Position numbers and translations under genes: made by a program. This document shows positions 13,344-27,150 of a stretch of DNA of 64,000 nucleotides, in pieces (the first letter of the stretch is position 1; each line of letters opens with the position of its first letter). Under the pieces are notes generated by a model that saw only the letters and a program-made list of their open reading frames with translations, had not been told where the DNA came from and did no database searches. Source of the stretch: Octopus sinensis (lineage: Eukaryota); contig NC_043008.1 in assembly GCF_006345805.1 (NCBI RefSeq), forward strand, positions 744,001-808,000, in the 5' to 3' direction.

Positions 13344-13525
13344 TTGTTTCTTGCTGTGGAGACACGTGTTTAGGCAGGTTCTTACAACGTGACTTGTGTT
13401 TCCAAACTATCTTCAAGCAGACCAGAGCATACCGTGTGCTCAGAGCCTGAGGAGTAGTTGGAGATGCACTGTGCGTTATGAAATTTGCCTAGACACGTGT
13501 CTTCACAACAAAAATTATTAGTAGC
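13344..13525. mobile_element. Foldback MITE copy 1 (~180 bp, long imperfect TIRs)
   Basis: tttcttgctgtggagacacgtgtttaggc ... gcctagacacgtgtcttcacaacaaaaatt; homologous to 15140-15326. Confidence 0.7.
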
Positions 13526-13954
13526 TCTTATCTCTCGCTCTCTACACACACACTCTCTCTTTCTCTCTCTCACACACACACACACGCACGCACACACATA
13601 CGCATTCACGCGCACACACACACATTATCCCTAACTTAAAAACATCTTTGATATGTATACACCCAAACACATAAGATAAAAGTCCTGCATACAAACGTGC
13701 AAACACACATGTATGCGTGCATATATACGTATATAGATCTACACATACATGCATACACATTTATAATCGTCCGGTAAAACTTTTTTAGTAGTGGACATTT
13801 ATTTTACTTTATTTTATTTTATTCTATTTTTACCTTTATTTATTTTATATTTGTCTATTAGGTTTTTTGCTAGTTTATGAATTTTTAGTCGAGTATATTC
13901 AACTTTTTGATAGGCCGTTATAATATATTATATATTATATATATAATATAGGTG

Positions 13955-14090
13955 GCTTTAATGAGGCGAGTTGGCTTTGCCTTTCATCCTTTCGGGCTCG
14001 ATAAATTAAGTACCAGTTGCGTACTGGGGTCGATCTAATCGACTGGACCCCTCCTCCAAAATTTCGGGCCTTGTGCTTAGAGAAGAAAAG
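13955..14090 (+). mobile_element. SINE family B, 3' part
   Basis: ctttgcctttcatcctttcgggctcgataaattaagtaccagttgcgtactggggtcgatctaatcgactgg. Confidence 0.85.
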
Positions 14091-15139
14091 ATTATGGGTG
14101 GCTTATTCGCAATCGTGCAACCTAAAGGTAGAAATGTAGACGTCACTAAAGTCACAAAAGGCTGTAACCAGCACCATGGCTATTGAGTTGCTTTGACTCT
14201 TATTTCTAGCAAAAGTGGTGCTCATTAGTACCAAATATAAATATTTACATACGCGTACAATTTAAAAGTGGGCTGCAAGGCACGACACATTACCAAATAA
14301 TGTGGAGGCGTTAATCTGTTTCACACTCTACGCTTTTATTCCATATGGTGTGAAGGCTATCATCAAATCACGGGAGAAGCTAGCATGCGGAGTTCGGGCC
14401 ACGTAAGAATGAGAAATACCGAAAACAGAGAAAATATAATTGGTATTTTAAAACTTCATGTAACATACGTGCATTTCCGCAAACCATTTGATAGGCTTGC
14501 TCTGTATTACAGCTAAAAATACTAAATGGTGTGCGCTGAAAGCCTTTATATAGTCTATTTATGGACATTATTCAATAAGCAAGGTGATATAGGAGAACAG
14601 AAGGTGAAAGAAGGTGAGATAGTAGAATAATGTTAAAAGGAGAAGAGTGAGAAGAGAGAGAGGAGAACAGATGGGAACGTGCATTCACGCACGTTTGGGC
14701 ATATCCACACGCACTCATACACGTATGTATAAACGTGTACATGGCTGGGAAAAGTGGTGATGGTGAGGTTGAGGAGTCTGGGTCTATCACAGTCATTTAT
14801 ATATGAAGGTATAAAAGTAAGACTTATTGGTTTTGATGTTATGGTATTTTGGTCTGATTACTTCCCGTTTGGCAAACACGCAATTTAGCTGCTGCCTAAA
14901 GAGACACGTCTACAAATCAAAGTCATTCTTAAGGGCCCTAGCATCTTGAGTGAGAGTGAATGAGTCTGTCTGTCTGTCTGTCTATCTGTCTATCTGTCCA
15001 TCTATCTTACACACACACACATACACACACACACGGAGTTTACCGTTCCGTTAACGTTAGATCAACTAAAAAATTACTCCATCCAGTGAAAGATAGATAT
15101 TATTTAATGTAACACGGTATAGCGATAATAGCTACTAAT

Positions 15140-15326
15140 CTACTAACAGTTTCTTGCTGTGAAGACATGTGTCTAGGAATATTTTTATAATGCATCTTGC
15201 GCCTCCAAGCAATCTACTGGTTCTAGAGCAGACCGTGTACTCAGAGCACGAGGATTACTTGGAGACACAAGCAGTGCAATAAAAACCTGCCTATCATGTG
15301 TCTTCACAGCCAGAAACTGTTAGTAG
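15140..15326. mobile_element. Foldback MITE copy 2
   Basis: TIR ctactaacagtttcttgctgtgaagaca pairs with tgtcttcacagccagaaactgttagtag (1 mismatch in ~28 bp). Confidence 0.78.
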
Positions 15327-15841
15327 CTCTTATCTCTATACTAGACAAAATATATGTGGGTTATATATATATATATAGAATATATATATATATATAGATA
15401 AATATATATATATATATATATATAGATATATATTAGATATATAGATAGATATATATATTATAATATAATATATATATATATATATTACACGATGTAAGCG
15501 CACAAATGCAAAAACAAGGTGGAAAAAACAGTACTCGACTACCGGAGGTATAGTAATATGCTTATTTTTTCTTTATTAAAGCTGCAAGAACATCACAGAA
15601 CACTGCTACTCAGAGTTTCACGTTCCCGTTCGTCGGGCAATTGTGATCAAGCTTTTGTTCATGCAGTTTTAATAAACACACAGACACAGACACACACACA
15701 CACACACACATACACATACACACACACGCACGTAGTCATACACCCGTGTACAGATATAAGGGTATATGTACACAGAGGAAAGATGGATATTCACCAAGAA
15801 CCTTAACTATAATTTTTTAGTTCTTTATTACCCACAAGAAG

Positions 15842-15960
15842 CTAAACATACAGGGGACAAACAAGGACAGACAAAGGGATTAAATCGATTACATCGTCCT
15901 CAGTGCGTAACTGGTATTTATTTCATCGATCCAGAAAGGATGAAAGGCAAAGTCGACAAT
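15842..15960 (-). mobile_element. SINE family B, 3' part
   Basis: ggggacaaacaaggacagacaaagggattaaatcgattacatcg..aactggtatttatttcatcgatcc..gatgaaaggcaaagtcgac. Confidence 0.8.
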
Positions 15961-16051
15961 AAGTTAGATAACTGCTATGTAGCCTGACACCATAAAATTA
16001 ATTGCGATCTTCTTTCTTCTTTGTATACACAAACTGAAATAAGTATCAGTT

Positions 16052-16083
<32 letters not shown>

Positions 16084-16116
16084 GTGTGTGTGTGTGTGTG
16101 TGTATATGTATGTATA

Positions 16117-16158
<42 letters not shown>

Positions 16159-16254
16159 ACATACATACATAAATACATGCATTATAATATATATAGATAT
16201 ATATATATATATATAGTGAGAATTAAAAAAAAACAAAGGCGAAGACAGGTGTGA

Positions 16255-16380
16255 AAACAACAAACAAAGGTATTACTTAACGCTCGGGAAGGGAAGGAAG
16301 TTTTTTACGTTTCGGGCCTACGCACTTTGACAGAAAGGAACACCAAAATAAACACGGAGAGAAAACAGAAAACGTTTTAG
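16255..16380 (-). mobile_element. Probable Penelope-like pseudo-LTR remnant with a hammerhead-like relic
   Basis: Minus strand reads ctgtcaaa-gtgc-gtag-gccc-gaaa-cgt (16333 to 16307). Confidence 0.4.
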
Positions 16381-16391
16381 TGATATATATA

Positions 16392-16438
<47 letters not shown>

Positions 16439-16946
16439 TACTACTACTACTACTAATAATAATAATAATAAAATAATAATAATAAAACAAGTACTGTGGC
16501 CAATTCCTTCGACTAAGAATTCTTGAAGCCAGTGTCCCAGAATGGCTGCAGTTTAATGACTGAAACAAGTAAAAGATAAAAGATATGAATGGATGTATAT
16601 TTTGTGTGGTCTTTGTGTATTTTATTTCTTTTTTCGGTTATTCTTAGCTAACTTCACTAGATTGATTATCTTTTAATTAAATATCGATAATTTGTTCTTC
16701 AGACAAGTTTCAAATCATAAAAGTGTTCTGAAGTAATTCAATAAATAAACAGAGATAACATTGAAATGTTTCGAAAATACGACATGATAGTGCCACCAAT
16801 AATATGAATATTTAATTATTCATTATCTACAAATGCGGGGTTAAAATTTATTCATTTTTTGTCAGTTATTTACTGATGGAACAACAACAATAACAACAAC
16901 ATTCATAATAATAATAATAATAATAATAATGACAATAACAATAATA

Positions 16947-17298
16947 ATAATAGATATAGCATGCCCAGTTGACAACAGGGTATGCGATAAAGTAAGAAAG
17001 AAAAGTCGATAGATATGACAGGTTAGCTTGGGAAATTAAGCAGTTGTGGTCGATGAAAAGGGTGGTAGTAGTACCAATAATTTTCGGAACCCTGGGAACA
17101 GTGAATTAAAATCTTGAGAGCTACATGGAATAAATAGGAGCTTCAATGAGGGTGGAGCACTTACAGAAAACAGCACTGCTTGGAACCGCTCGAATACTCC
17201 GGAAAGTGCTCGAAAAATAAGAGGTGTTACCTAAGTTCACTGATAGTGAACAGCTGACACTGTTGTACATCTCCAGCGTTAGAAGCTGTGCAAAGGCA

Positions 17299-17300
<2 letters not shown>
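16947..17300 (+). mobile_element. 5'-truncated R4/Dong-clade non-LTR retrotransposon: RLE endonuclease C-terminus and 3' UTR
   Basis: IDIACPVDNRV...YDRLAWEIKQLWSMKRVVVVPIIFGTLGTV...LQKTALLGTARILRKVLEK*, ending in an (AAT)n tail 17301-17374. Confidence 0.88.
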
Positions 17301-17374
<74 letters not shown>

Positions 17375-18056
17375 TGAGAACTAATAATGGCGATGTTAAC
17401 AAAGCCCTGACCCATCAATGGCTAATGGCCTCTAGCTTAAAATCTGAAGCAGAAGGGTTTATCATGACAGCTCAAGATCAATGCCTACCAACAAGGAACT
17501 ACCAGGCCAACATATTAAAGAACGGCAGTAGCCCAACATGTCGTGTATGTCAACAACAAATTAAACCATTGATCATGTTATGTCCACGTGCAGTCTTTTT
17601 GCGCCTACAGAGTATCTCAACAGGCATGAAAGTGCAGCACAGTATATTCACTGGGTAATTTGCAAAAACCTGGACCTGCGCCATGATAAAAACTGGTGGG
17701 AACACAAACCACCCCCAGTGCTTGAAAATGATCCATCTCACTCCTCTGGAATTTCACCATTCAAACTGACAGAAAGATAGATGCAAATGGGCCACACATT
17801 ATATTGAAAGACTTCAGACAAAAATCGTGCCTCCTCATTAATATGACTGTCCCAATCGATATAAACGTATCTGTCAAGACCTACCAAAAACTGAAATTAG
17901 CAAAATGTGGAACCTGAAGACAAAAGGAATACCTGTTGTCATAGGTGCCCAGGAATGATAGCAAAAGGGGCTGATTGCTACCTAGCGCAGATACCAGGAA
18001 ACTCCAAAATGGCAGAAATTCAAAAGATGGAGCACATGGGAACTGCCCATATCCTA
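17375..18056 (+). mobile_element. Second R4/Dong-clade fragment: CCHC knuckle plus RLE endonuclease, frameshifted
   Basis: LKSEAEGFIMTAQDQCLPTRNY..CRVC..TIDHV..TC..TEYLNRH..YIHWVIC..WWEHKP..LLWNFTIQTDRKIDAN..IPVVIGA..GTAHIL. Confidence 0.9.
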
Positions 18057-18084
18057 ATAATAATAATAATCCTATCTGCTAAAG

Positions 18085-18460
18085 GCACAAGGCCTGAAAT
18101 TTTGTGGGGAGGGGACTAGTGGCTTACATCGACTCCAGAGTTTCACTGGTACTTAATTTATCGACCTCGAACATCAGGAGGATTCTAATCGCTTGGAAAA
18201 CTGCTGAAAACTTGTGGATACCTAAGGTTACAGGTAGTAAACCACTACCCATGTAGATCCTACCAGGAATAAGAACGAAGCTGAGCCAAACCAAAATAAA
18301 AAGGATTTCAAATTTTGGAGAAAGGCCAGGAATTCCCGGGGGAGGGATAAGTCTATTACATCGATCCCCAGTGCTCAACTGATACTTATTTTATCGACCC
18401 CAAAAGGATGAAAGACAAAGTCGATCTCGGCGGAATTTGAACTCAGATCGTTAAGACAGC
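18085..18460 (-). mobile_element. Two SINE family B remnants (18085-18160, 18335-18460)
   Basis: actggtacttaatttatcgacc; gatacttattttatcgaccccaaaaggatgaaagacaaagtcgatctcggcggaatttgaactcag. Confidence 0.75.
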
Positions 18461-18752
18461 CAAAATTTTCTCTTCCTCATCCAGGTTAGAAAGTTGCTTA
18501 CATGTCTTTATAGATATTTTTTTCTTTCTTTTTCTTTCTCTCATCAACTTTAGAAACACAGACATATTTCTATTTTGTTATCTTTTTCTCATCAACGTTG
18601 GAAAATTGTTTACTTGCCAGTGATGTACCATTGCAATCCCGGCCCCCACCACAAACACCGGAAATCTTCCTTCACCCTCTTGCAAAACGTTTTGTCCGAT
18701 GCTCTCACGATTGTGCTTGCCAGCTGTCTTACTACTACTACTACTACTGCTG

Positions 18753-18821
<69 letters not shown>

Positions 18822-19332
18822 ATAATAATATAATGATTATAATAATAATATAAAAAGAGAAGCTGATCTCCGACTGTCAGCCCGTAGCAACATTTGTGTA
18901 GAGAGAAGGAAGACACGGAGGAGGAAAAGCTGCTGTTGAGATAGAAATACAGTGAGGGAGAGAGAGAGAATGTGTGTGTGTGTGTGTTCTTCTGTGTGTT
19001 TGTGAAGGGTAGATAAATAGGTAGTGTTGTCACCTTAGTAACTAACCCAAGCTCCTAACTTTCGAATCCCACTGGCTACAACGGCTATCAGCAGGTACGC
19101 CAACATTGTGTATGCAAGAATAAGTGTTTGAGTGTGTGCGTGTGTGTGCGTGTGTGAATGAGTGGTTTTGTATGAGTGTGTGTGTGTGTGTGTGGTGTGT
19201 GTGTGCATGCATGTGTGTGTGTTCTTCTGTATGCCTTTCAACATATAGACAAAGATTTTCACTTTAAACAGTTTACGAAGGCACCTGTTTGATTAACAAA
19301 TATTTTTATCAGCAGCGTAGCGATGGGTACCG

Positions 19333-19436
<104 letters not shown>

Positions 19437-20362
19437 GTGCCAGGAGCGGCCGATAGTTAATGTTGCGACGAAATAATGACGCGTTTCTGCGACATTTTGT
19501 ATTAGAAATATTAGAAATAACAATCTCAAAAGTTATCCTTCTGAATTCAAATTCCATCAAATTCCATCGAATTCTTTCATTCTTCTTCGATTATAAAATA
19601 TTAGTATGACTCAGTTAAATTGTCTGAGCCCTCAGGCCCTCAGTCCCTCAGTTCCTACTTAACACAGCAACTAAATACTCACACGGAAATAGATGGTTAA
19701 AGCTCAATTCAACTGAAACTCAGAACGTAAAAGAAATATATCGTAAAACTACAATTACACGAATATAATATGTAGCTTGATTTTGGGTGTTAAATCGCCA
19801 TAAACTCACATTATATGATTTATAATAGGAAAGTGTTTTAGTGATGTGTCAGCGAAATAAACATGACGATTGTGCGCGAGTAAACAGTTTTAGTAGAGAC
19901 GTAGGTGTGTGTGTATATTTATATATATATATATATGTGTGTGTGTGTGAGCGAATTTGCGCGCGAAGCAAGTCTGCATGTATAAGGCTAGCGTTTGAAG
20001 AAAAGTATTACCAGCGCTGTATGTATGTATGCATGTGTGTGTCTGTGTGTTTGCATCTATGAATACATGCATATATATACATACATACATATATATTCAT
20101 ATATATATATACATGCATACATATCTATACACACACATATTCATACAAACACATGCACAGACATGCACAAACACGTATATATATATATGAATACATACAT
20201 ATATATATAACATAAATATATATTTATATATGTATACATATATATGTATATATTCATACTAAATAATACGTATTATATATATATAAATATATAGATAGAT
20301 AGATATACATACATACCATACATATATACGGCATATATATATATATATAGTGTGTGCGTATG

Positions 20363-20414
<52 letters not shown>

Positions 20415-21092
20415 TATATATATATATATAAATATATATGTATATATATACATATATAAATAGATAATGTATCATAATTCGATGTTATTAGCTTTCAGTA
20501 TTTCATTTATCTAAATAAATTTATATTTATACAAATATAATTTATTATCTTTAAAATTATCTATAAATTATCACACCTAAATAAAGATAGATGACTGCAA
20601 AACTATTAATTTTCTGGAACGGTTCAGGTTAGCATCTATTATTCATCTGATAAATAAGAGCTGCTTAAATGTTGTGCTGAAGATAGCACCAAAGCAGCTG
20701 CAAGAAACTTCGGAATGAACCAATGAGACACGGAAACATAAAGTCGAGCTCAAATTTTACTTGAAGTACTCGAAACCCCACGGCTGGTGCGAGACACTAC
20801 AAAAGCAGTCGAGAGGAGAAAGATATGTTTCTGAATAATGGAAGAGTTCGTATTGAAATTCGTAAGAGTATTGCTGTATCAACCACGGGCATTGAAATCC
20901 AAATGAGAGTTCTTTATAGAGAAATCCAATTGGCTGAAGAAACAATAAGATAGTTCAAAGCAACAAACCTTCAATGCTTCATTCTTAGAAATCAACATCG
21001 GCTCAGCACCGATTGACTGCTATTGATCAGACACTTCTAGAATATTGATTTCTAATATTAACCCATGGCCAGCAATTTGGAGGATGGTGCAA

Positions 21093-21192
21093 NNNNNNNN
21101 NNNNNNNNNNNNNNNNNNNNNNNNNNNNNNNNNNNNNNNNNNNNNNNNNNNNNNNNNNNNNNNNNNNNNNNNNNNNNNNNNNNNNNNNNNNN
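21093..21192. other. Assembly gap (100 N)
   Basis: Run of exactly 100 N. Confidence 0.99.
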
Positions 21193-21445
21193 ATGCATAC
21201 ATATCTATACACCACATATTCATACAAAACCATGCACAGACATGCACAAACACGTATATATATATATGAATACATACATATATATATATACATAAATATA
21301 TATATAATATGTATACATATATATGTATATATTCATACATAAATATATACGTATATATATATATATAAATATATAGATAGATAGATATACATACATACCA
21401 TAATATATACATGCATATATATAATATATATATATGTGTAATGTG

Positions 21446-21506
<61 letters not shown>

Positions 21507-21699
21507 TATATATATGTATTACATATATAAATAGATAATGTATCATAATTCGATGTTATTAGCTTCAGTATTTCATTATCTAAAATACTAAAAAAATTTA
21601 TATTTATACAAATATAATTTATTATCTTTAAAATTATCTATAAATTATCACACCTAAATAAAGATAGATGACTGCAAAACTATTATTTTCTGGAACGGT

Positions 21700-22110
21700 C
21701 AGGTTAGCATCTATTATTCATCTGATAATAAGAGCTGCTTAAATGTTGTGCTGAAGATAGCACCAAAGCAGCTGCAAGAAACTTCGGAATGAACCAATGA
21801 GACACGGAAACATAAAGTCGAGGCTCAAATTTACTTGAAAGTATCGAAACCCCACCACTGGTGCGAGACACTACAAAAGCAGTCGAGAGAAAAGATATGT
21901 TTCTGAATAATGGAAGAGTTCGTATTGAAATTCGTAAGAGTATTGCTGTATCAACCACGGGCATTGAAATCCAAATGAGAGTTCTTTATAGAGAAATCCA
22001 ATTGGCTGAAGAAACAATAAGATAGTTCAAAGCAACAAACCTTCAATGCTTCATTCTTAGAAATCAACATCGGCTCAGCACCGATTGACTGCTATTGATC
22101 AGACACTTCT
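21700..22110 (+). pseudogene. Decayed pogo/Tigger-like transposase N-terminus (duplicated at ~20630-21040)
   Basis: KCCAEDSTKAAARNFGMNQ resembles a Brinker-type HTH; IAVSTTGIEIQ..FKATNLQCFILRNQHRLST resembles the CENP-B-type HTH; many stops and frameshifts. Confidence 0.45.
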
Positions 22111-22179
22111 AGAATATTGATTTCTAATATTAACCCATGGCCAGCAATTTGGAGGATGGTGCAAGATGATTATACTGAC

Positions 22180-22770
22180 TCCAATATTCAACTGGTACTT
22201 ATTTTATCGGAACCGAAAATATGAAAGGCAAAGTCGATCTCGGCAGAATTTGAACTCAGAACGTAAAGACGGACAAAATGCCGCTAAGCATTTAAACTTG
22301 CGTGCTAACAGTTCTGCCACCTTCCCGCCTTTCACTCCATATTAATACTATTTTAAATTTAGGCACAAAAGCAAACATTTTGAAGGGTGGGAGCCAGACG
22401 ATTACCCTAGTACTAAACTGATATTCAATTTCATCGACCATGAAGGCAAAGACGACCTCGGAGGAATTTGAAGTCAGAACGTAAAGACGGACAAAATGTT
22501 GCTAAGCATACTGCCCGGCGTGCTAACGATTATGTCATCTCACTGCCTTACACTTCCGGATTATTCTTTTCTACTCTAGGCACAAGGCCTGATATTTTGG
22601 GGGTGGGGGCTCATTGAGATCGACCACAGTATGCAACTGAAACTTAATTTATCGATCCCGAAAGGATAAAAAGCAAAGTCGACCTCGGTGGAATTTGAAC
22701 ATAAAGACAGACGAAATACCACGAAGCATTTCGCACGGCGTGCTAACGATTCTGCCAGCTCACTGCCTTA
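22180..22770 (-). mobile_element. Three head-to-tail SINE family B copies
   Basis: The aatttgaa(c/g)tcagaacgtaaagacggacaaaatg..cgtgctaac motif appears three times at ~220-bp spacing (the third with a short deletion). Confidence 0.85.
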
Positions 22771-23303
22771 CACTTCGGAATATTATCAAGCAAAACTACG
22801 AGTTCATAAATAATTCGAGTAATTATGTCCACTTCGAGCACCCTGTCAGTAATGCTGTTTAAATAACCCTAGTGATGTTCGATCACTGATACTATACTGC
22901 TGGGGTTTTTCTGAAGACTGCGATCGTGAAGTGAATGATTATGAAATAACTCAATTCATTGATTTTTATGATCGAATATTTAATATGAAGTTGCCTTAAC
23001 CATAACTGTTAGCAAAATACTCTCGTTGCATTTAAAATGTTTGGGTGGACAAAAAAACAAACAAACTGACCCTAGATTGGATGACGACGGTTTGGGCAAG
23101 GCATAGGGTACTGAAATGAATACGAAACTGATGACGTATGACGCTATTTTAAATGTCATCGCACACTGTAGGTGAATGAGGATCGTAAAGATAATGTTGA
23201 AGGAATTTAACATTGACATATTGAGTGAACAAAGAGGGAAATTATCTCTTATCATGTTTCATTTCTATCACTTAACAGTTTGCCTCACAATATTTACTTT
23301 AGG

Positions 23304-23339
<36 letters not shown>

Positions 23340-23348
23340 TGTAAGGCA

Positions 23349-23795
23349 GGAGTGGCTGTGTGATACGTAACGTGCTTATCGGCCACATGGTTCCGGATTC
23401 AGTCCAACTGCGTGGCACCTTGGGCAATTATCTTCTACTATAGCCTCTGGCCGACCAAAGCCTTGTGAGTGGATTCAGTAGGCGGAAACTGAAAGAAGCC
23501 CGTCGTAAATATATATATATATACATGTATATGTGTGTATGTGTGCATTTGTGTGTGTGTGTGTGTGTGCATGTGTGTTTGTGTGTCTCCGTTTGTCCCC
23601 CTCCCTCTCTCGGTTGACAAGCGATGTTGGTGTGTTTACACCCCCGTAACGTAGCGGTTCATCAAAAGGAACAGATAGAATAAGCACTAGGCTTACAAAG
23701 AATAAGTCCTAGTGTTGATTTATTTGACTAAAAGGTGGTGCTCCAGCATGGCCGCAGTGAAATGACTGAAACAAATAAAAGAATAATAGAAAAGA
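23349..23795 (+). mobile_element. Full-length SINE family A
   Basis: Colinear with 5921-6308, with an expanded internal (TA)/(TG) tract. Confidence 0.9.
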
Positions 23796-23799
23796 ACAT

Positions 23800-24230
23800 G
23801 CATAATATACATACATGCATACACACATACATACATACATACATAATACATACATACATACATTCATACATACATACATACATACTTACATAATGTGTAT
23901 GTATGTAGCATGTATGTATTTATAAATATATATATAATAAATACATATATATATACATAAATATATATATATATATACATCCATACATACATAAAACATT
24001 ACACATACATAATACATACATACATAACAACATTAATACTACATACATACATACATACATACAACATACATACATACATACATACATTCATACATACATA
24101 CATACATACATACATTAATACATACATACATTAATACATACATTAATACATACATACATACTTGCATACATACATTCATACATGCATACATACATACATA
24201 CATAATACATACATACATACCATACATACA

Positions 24231-24261
<31 letters not shown>

Positions 24262-24595
24262 CATTCATACATACATACATACATACATACATACATAATA
24301 CATAATACATAATACATACATTAATACATACATAAATACATGCATACATACATTATACATGCATGACATACAACATACATACATACATAACATTCATATA
24401 CTACATACATACATACATTAATACATACATACATACATTAATACATACATACATACATACATACCTACATTAATACATACATACATACATACATTCATAC
24501 ATACATACATACATGCATACATTAATACATACATACATACATTAATACATACATTAATACATACATACATTCATACATACATACAAACATATATG
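23800..24595 (+). repeat. ~800-bp degenerate (TACA)n tetranucleotide array
   Basis: Direct reading. Confidence 0.92.
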
Positions 24596-24864
24596 AAGTC
24601 ATCCACCGCGTTTTTAATTAACAATTTAACACTGCAATTTCTTCTTAGCTCAATGTCCATATGCATCTAAGTTAAGATCAAAGTATAGTGTAACGTTACA
24701 CACATACTTGTACTTACACACACTCACACACATATATACACATACTCACATATATATATATATACAGATCCTTATATAGATATATAGATTATATAATGTA
24801 CAGTGAGTCAGAGCGTATATATATGCATACACATATATGAATACATAGATACATACATACAAAC

Positions 24865-24927
<63 letters not shown>

Positions 24928-25932
24928 TTGGTCTATGCATGGCTGCATATATGCGTGTGCATGTATGTATGTATGGATATATGTACGTGTGCGTCTGTGT
25001 GTCTATCATGAACTCGAACACAGCCATCAAGGACAACAGCAATAATATACAGCATGAAGAAGATAGAGAAATCCACTTGAAATAAAAAATACAATTTGTT
25101 GCCCTGACGTCAATGTTGAATAAAATATTCTTTGATCTTAGTTCTTGGTTCTATGAGGATTAACTGGAGTCTAAACCGCCACAACAACGCAGTTAACAAA
25201 AACAATCCAAGCACTGCTCCGCCAACGACACGCCACCTGTGTCACCACCATTGAAACCAATGCAACCTACACCATCATCTCTATGAAGCCATTGAGTTTT
25301 AATTTCATCTCACTACAACGGATATTAGTAGGTACGCCAACCACAAGTGTATGCATGAGTCTGTGTGTATGTATGTGTATGAGTGTATGCATGGTGTGTG
25401 TGAGTGAGTGTGTGTGTGTATGTGTGTGTATTTATGTCTTAAGTGAGAAGTGCAAGGGATGAACTGCCTATAAAATGGCGTGACCCTTTTGGCTAACTGT
25501 AATCATATAGTAACTTCTCGTCGTCAGTCCTTCAGCTTTTCATCTTTATTTTCATTATTACATTCAAAGGAATAATTCAGTTTACTGTTCTCACAAAAAA
25601 AAAAAACGTCTTTCCTGGGTCGGTTTCTAATCTAAAGTTTGTTGTGGATAATTAATAACCAGCGTTGGAGGATTTGCCTTCTATTTGGTATGTCTGTTGA
25701 ATTATTCTACAACATCTGGTGTAATTATGGTTTTCACGGTCAAAAGAGACGTAAATATAATTTTCTTTCTTTTCTTCTTCCGTTTTTATTCACCTCTCCA
25801 CTTTTTGCTTCAACCTTTTTGTTTTTTCTTCTTCTCGTGATTTCTCATGTACCAGCGTCCTGATTTTCAAACAGACCATGCACTGAGAGGCCGAAAACCG
25901 CTTTGAGAAACAAGGCGCGTCATAATCAAATC

Positions 25933-25974
<42 letters not shown>

Positions 25975-25977
25975 ACA

Positions 25978-26021
<44 letters not shown>

Positions 26022-26025
26022 ACAC

Positions 26026-26056
<31 letters not shown>

Positions 26057-26894
26057 CAGAGAGAGAGAGAGAGAGAGGGGGAGAGAGCAAATAATTCAGG
26101 AGAAAAAATATATATATATACGTACATACATACATACATACATACATATATACATACATGCATGTATACATACGTACGCGCGTACACGCACACACATATA
26201 TGTTTATATAGTATATATATAGACTACATATCATTTGCTATCATATATATATATATATATATTTTATATACGTACATGCATACATACATACATACTACAT
26301 ACACATACACACACCACACACTCACACACATACACACATATAATTAAAACATCACAGAGTAAAATATTGCAGTATTATTCCCATTAAAGTCCAACACGAC
26401 ACAGGTTTCTGCTGGATAAGTGCCTCGTGTCACTTGATGTAGCTGTTACGTGCATTTATTTGATTAATTTTTAATCAGTTGCATTACATATTTATCCCAG
26501 GTATACATATCCATCCAGCTTTCAGATTTTACCCAATCGGTTGCGTAAAGTGAAGTGACGATTTAAAATATTAGATAGTCTTTCTTAAAATATATTCAAG
26601 TTGAGGGGCCATATGATCTCAGGGTGTAGGGCCGTAGATTCCGCGTTGAAATACGATATGACTCTAGTCCCGATATTACTTGAATATAAAATGACCTTTT
26701 TAGATATTAAGGGACACATTATTTCATACAGTAAAAAGTAGAAAAAAAAACCCAACTTTAATTGGGTCAGGATGTATTCCCATTACAGACCCCTGATTGT
26801 GTAAATAGTATGAGGAAACCTGGTGTAGCAGAACATGGGAACGAAAATTATTCTAACACTACAGAGACGCAAACACAATGACCGAAGAACAATT

Positions 26895-26924
26895 TATCTA
26901 TCTATCTATCTATCTATCTATCTC

Positions 26925-26961
<37 letters not shown>

Positions 26962-26995
26962 ATCTAATCTATCTATCTATCTATCTATCTATCTG

Positions 26996-27047
<52 letters not shown>

Positions 27048-27090
27048 CTATCTATCTATCTATCTATCTATATATATATATATTATTAAT

Positions 27091-27121
<31 letters not shown>

Positions 27122-27150
27122 TATTATATATATAATATATATATATAAGG
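26895..27150. repeat. (TCTA)n plus (TA)n microsatellite
   Basis: Direct reading. Confidence 0.95.

Larger units (their letters stand above)
20113..22164 (+). repeat. ~975-bp duplication on either side of an assembly gap
   Basis: 20113-21092 matches 21193-22164 apart from scattered small indels and substitutions. Confidence 0.9.
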
